Positions 34,001 through 34,141 of a DNA stretch of 34,141 nt are shown in pieces; position 1 is the first letter of the stretch; each line of letters starts with the position of its first letter. Source of the DNA: Klebsiella phage ST13-OXA48phi12.2; the sequence record MK422452.1. One strand, written 5' to 3'. The notes beneath the pieces are model-generated. The model was not told the DNA's origin. It made no database searches and was given only the letters and a program-made list of their open reading frames with translations. The translations under genes and the position numbers were made by a program.

Positions 34001-34141
34001 GACAGTGAAAAGGGTGCGCGGCATGGGATAGTCCAGGAGGTTGCCCCATCGGGTGACAGCAACTGTCAGATTACTGCACCTGAATATAAAGAAATTTTCT
34101 ACCAGTACGACGACGCTACATACCCCGGCGACGTCGCTTAA
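31064..34141 (+). CDS. tail tip / host-specificity protein: gpI-like N-terminal region fused to a gpJ-like central fibre protein (1025 aa). The stop codon ends the window
   Basis: ATGA overlap with gpK-like. The N-terminal roughly 180 aa has a ubiquitin-like segment plus hydrophobic stretch, as in lambda I. A large beta-rich body has an acidic linker (DVDDDNDEDEDEN). Confidence 0.75.
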   Translation: MTIKFYPSRLPGEPLETHEHGVLTLHEWMCRNVPSYSQDKTHPVVIELNGQAVPPAEWPLCLLRPDSDVRIYPIPYGTGLEIAAWVSVAVSIASTAYALFFAPKPELGGFSSSNASSLDLNPAKANTAKLGDPVREAFGRNRIYPDYLVQPVTRFDPADPTRMTVEMFVCLGYGRFSYTGGDFRVGETPALTLGEGFSYTSYGPGDNVAGDRRSEIWFNSTEVGGTSSGSGLDMAQTAPEASDILADAMTVSGASVSFSGLDVDDDNDEDEDENKLPPGWIAGAIVTLKAPVNYQVSIEGGFNVLTGDVVSEIAPFSGMPVTLTFNGTDYDLQIATYTPHQDAVPGTGGATAVLRASASPSTYDFTTTSQTFALTWQGITYTISLVANYGTMSGLLAAINGGLNGSGLIAQDDGGVIRIVEISSPWRGGSITSSFLPASVFGDSPVFTAGTASSGGSPAVTASVTLAYDSGTAFSGLPEGTQRISLAHRGNEYQIASTDGPSATVQRVVNGVVDSTWSGFMTRTVVDFAASGINDNETWLGPFLACPQNEVVDAFEVNFAFPNGICGFQNNGNKRVRHVEYEIQYRVYGSGSGWTSKPGVYALKNINGLGFTERFDLSSPGLVEVRCRRRNEQGSNNARDSMFWQALRGRLLSRPTSYAGISTIGITVETGGQLAAQSDKRVSVVATRNYDGGGDRTISGAFLHLARSLGYRDDQIDIAALSTLEATYWTPRGEYFDHQASSDSTSAKDIFDKIAEAGMGYFLLSDGLLSVGREGVKSWTGIITPQDTVEEMQTSFRVPSEDDFDGVDVKYINPVTWAEETVQCRTPENPFPRKTEAYTIDVAMTADRAWRIGMRRLMKYLHQRRTYTATTSMLGWCHDFGDHIILSDDIPTGKTQSCLIDAMIYDFQEITLHVTEPLDWSYANPRCWIQFQDGRPSSRMLTPQRVDDFTLTVPYNDDLHPDDWIMDDPDIDPPKLLFCDSEKGARHGIVQEVAPSGDSNCQITAPEYKEIFYQYDDATYPGDVA

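Noticed and set aside
1-34141. CRISPR arrays, rRNA genes, integrase and attL/attR, insertion sequences
   Set aside because: Scanning both strands by eye revealed no regularly spaced direct repeats. No rRNA- or tRNA-length structured genes were seen. No tyrosine or serine recombinase ORF and no transposase-like ORF with terminal inverted repeats were found. The prophage ends lie outside this window.

Overview
This window is one contiguous stretch of a lambdoid, HK97-like cos-type prophage from an enterobacterial host. It is mosaic in GC content, with several clearly AT-rich inserts. The whole 34 kb is phage: no integrase, attachment site, CRISPR array, rRNA or complete tRNA is present.

Gene order, left to right:

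(1) An early-left operon on the minus strand, chained by ATGA-type overlapping stop/start codons. It encodes a DEDD 3'-5' exonuclease, a dATP/dGTP pyrophosphohydrolase-like protein, a Cys4 mini-protein, a Lar-like zinc-ribbon protein, a ParB-like nuclease, a DUF2303/YfdQ-like protein and a YfdP-like protein.

(2) An AT-rich two-gene island at the classical rexAB/sieB/N position. It consists of a 304-aa plus-strand ORF with its own promoter and terminator, and a convergent 70-aa acidic ORF. A tRNA/tmRNA-like T-arm fragment lies next to it.

(3) The immunity region. It contains PL/OL with a near-consensus nutL-type boxA, a terminator, an S24-peptidase cI repressor, OR operators, cro and a CII(CP76)-like gene.

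(4) A replication and nin module. It contains a remnant NUMOD4/HNH gene, an SF2 helicase, a zinc-ribbon plus toprim primase, NinG/Rap, an MT-A70 adenine methyltransferase and a Q antiterminator, followed by a late-promoter/tR' region.

(5) A lysis cassette with a holin, a second small membrane protein, a GH19 endolysin and overlapping Rz/Rz1-type spanins.

(6) A cluster of small genes in divergent and convergent arrangement. Three copies of a co-varying hairpin repeat and a minus-strand terminator lie in and just after it.

(7) An HNH endonuclease, a candidate cos region, a P27-family small terminase subunit, a large terminase subunit, an HK97 portal, a ClpP-like prohead protease, a major capsid protein and head-tail connector proteins.

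(8) A lambda-like tail module. It contains a major tail protein with a C-terminal Ig-like domain, G/T chaperones with a -1 frameshift arrangement, an AT-rich secreted Cys-rich moron, a tape measure protein, M-, L- and K-like proteins and an I-J-like tip protein whose stop codon ends the window.

The most interesting candidate for a previously undescribed system is the lysogen-expressed AT-rich gene pair embedded antisense in the PL operon. All functional assignments are from motifs and remembered family signatures, not database searches.
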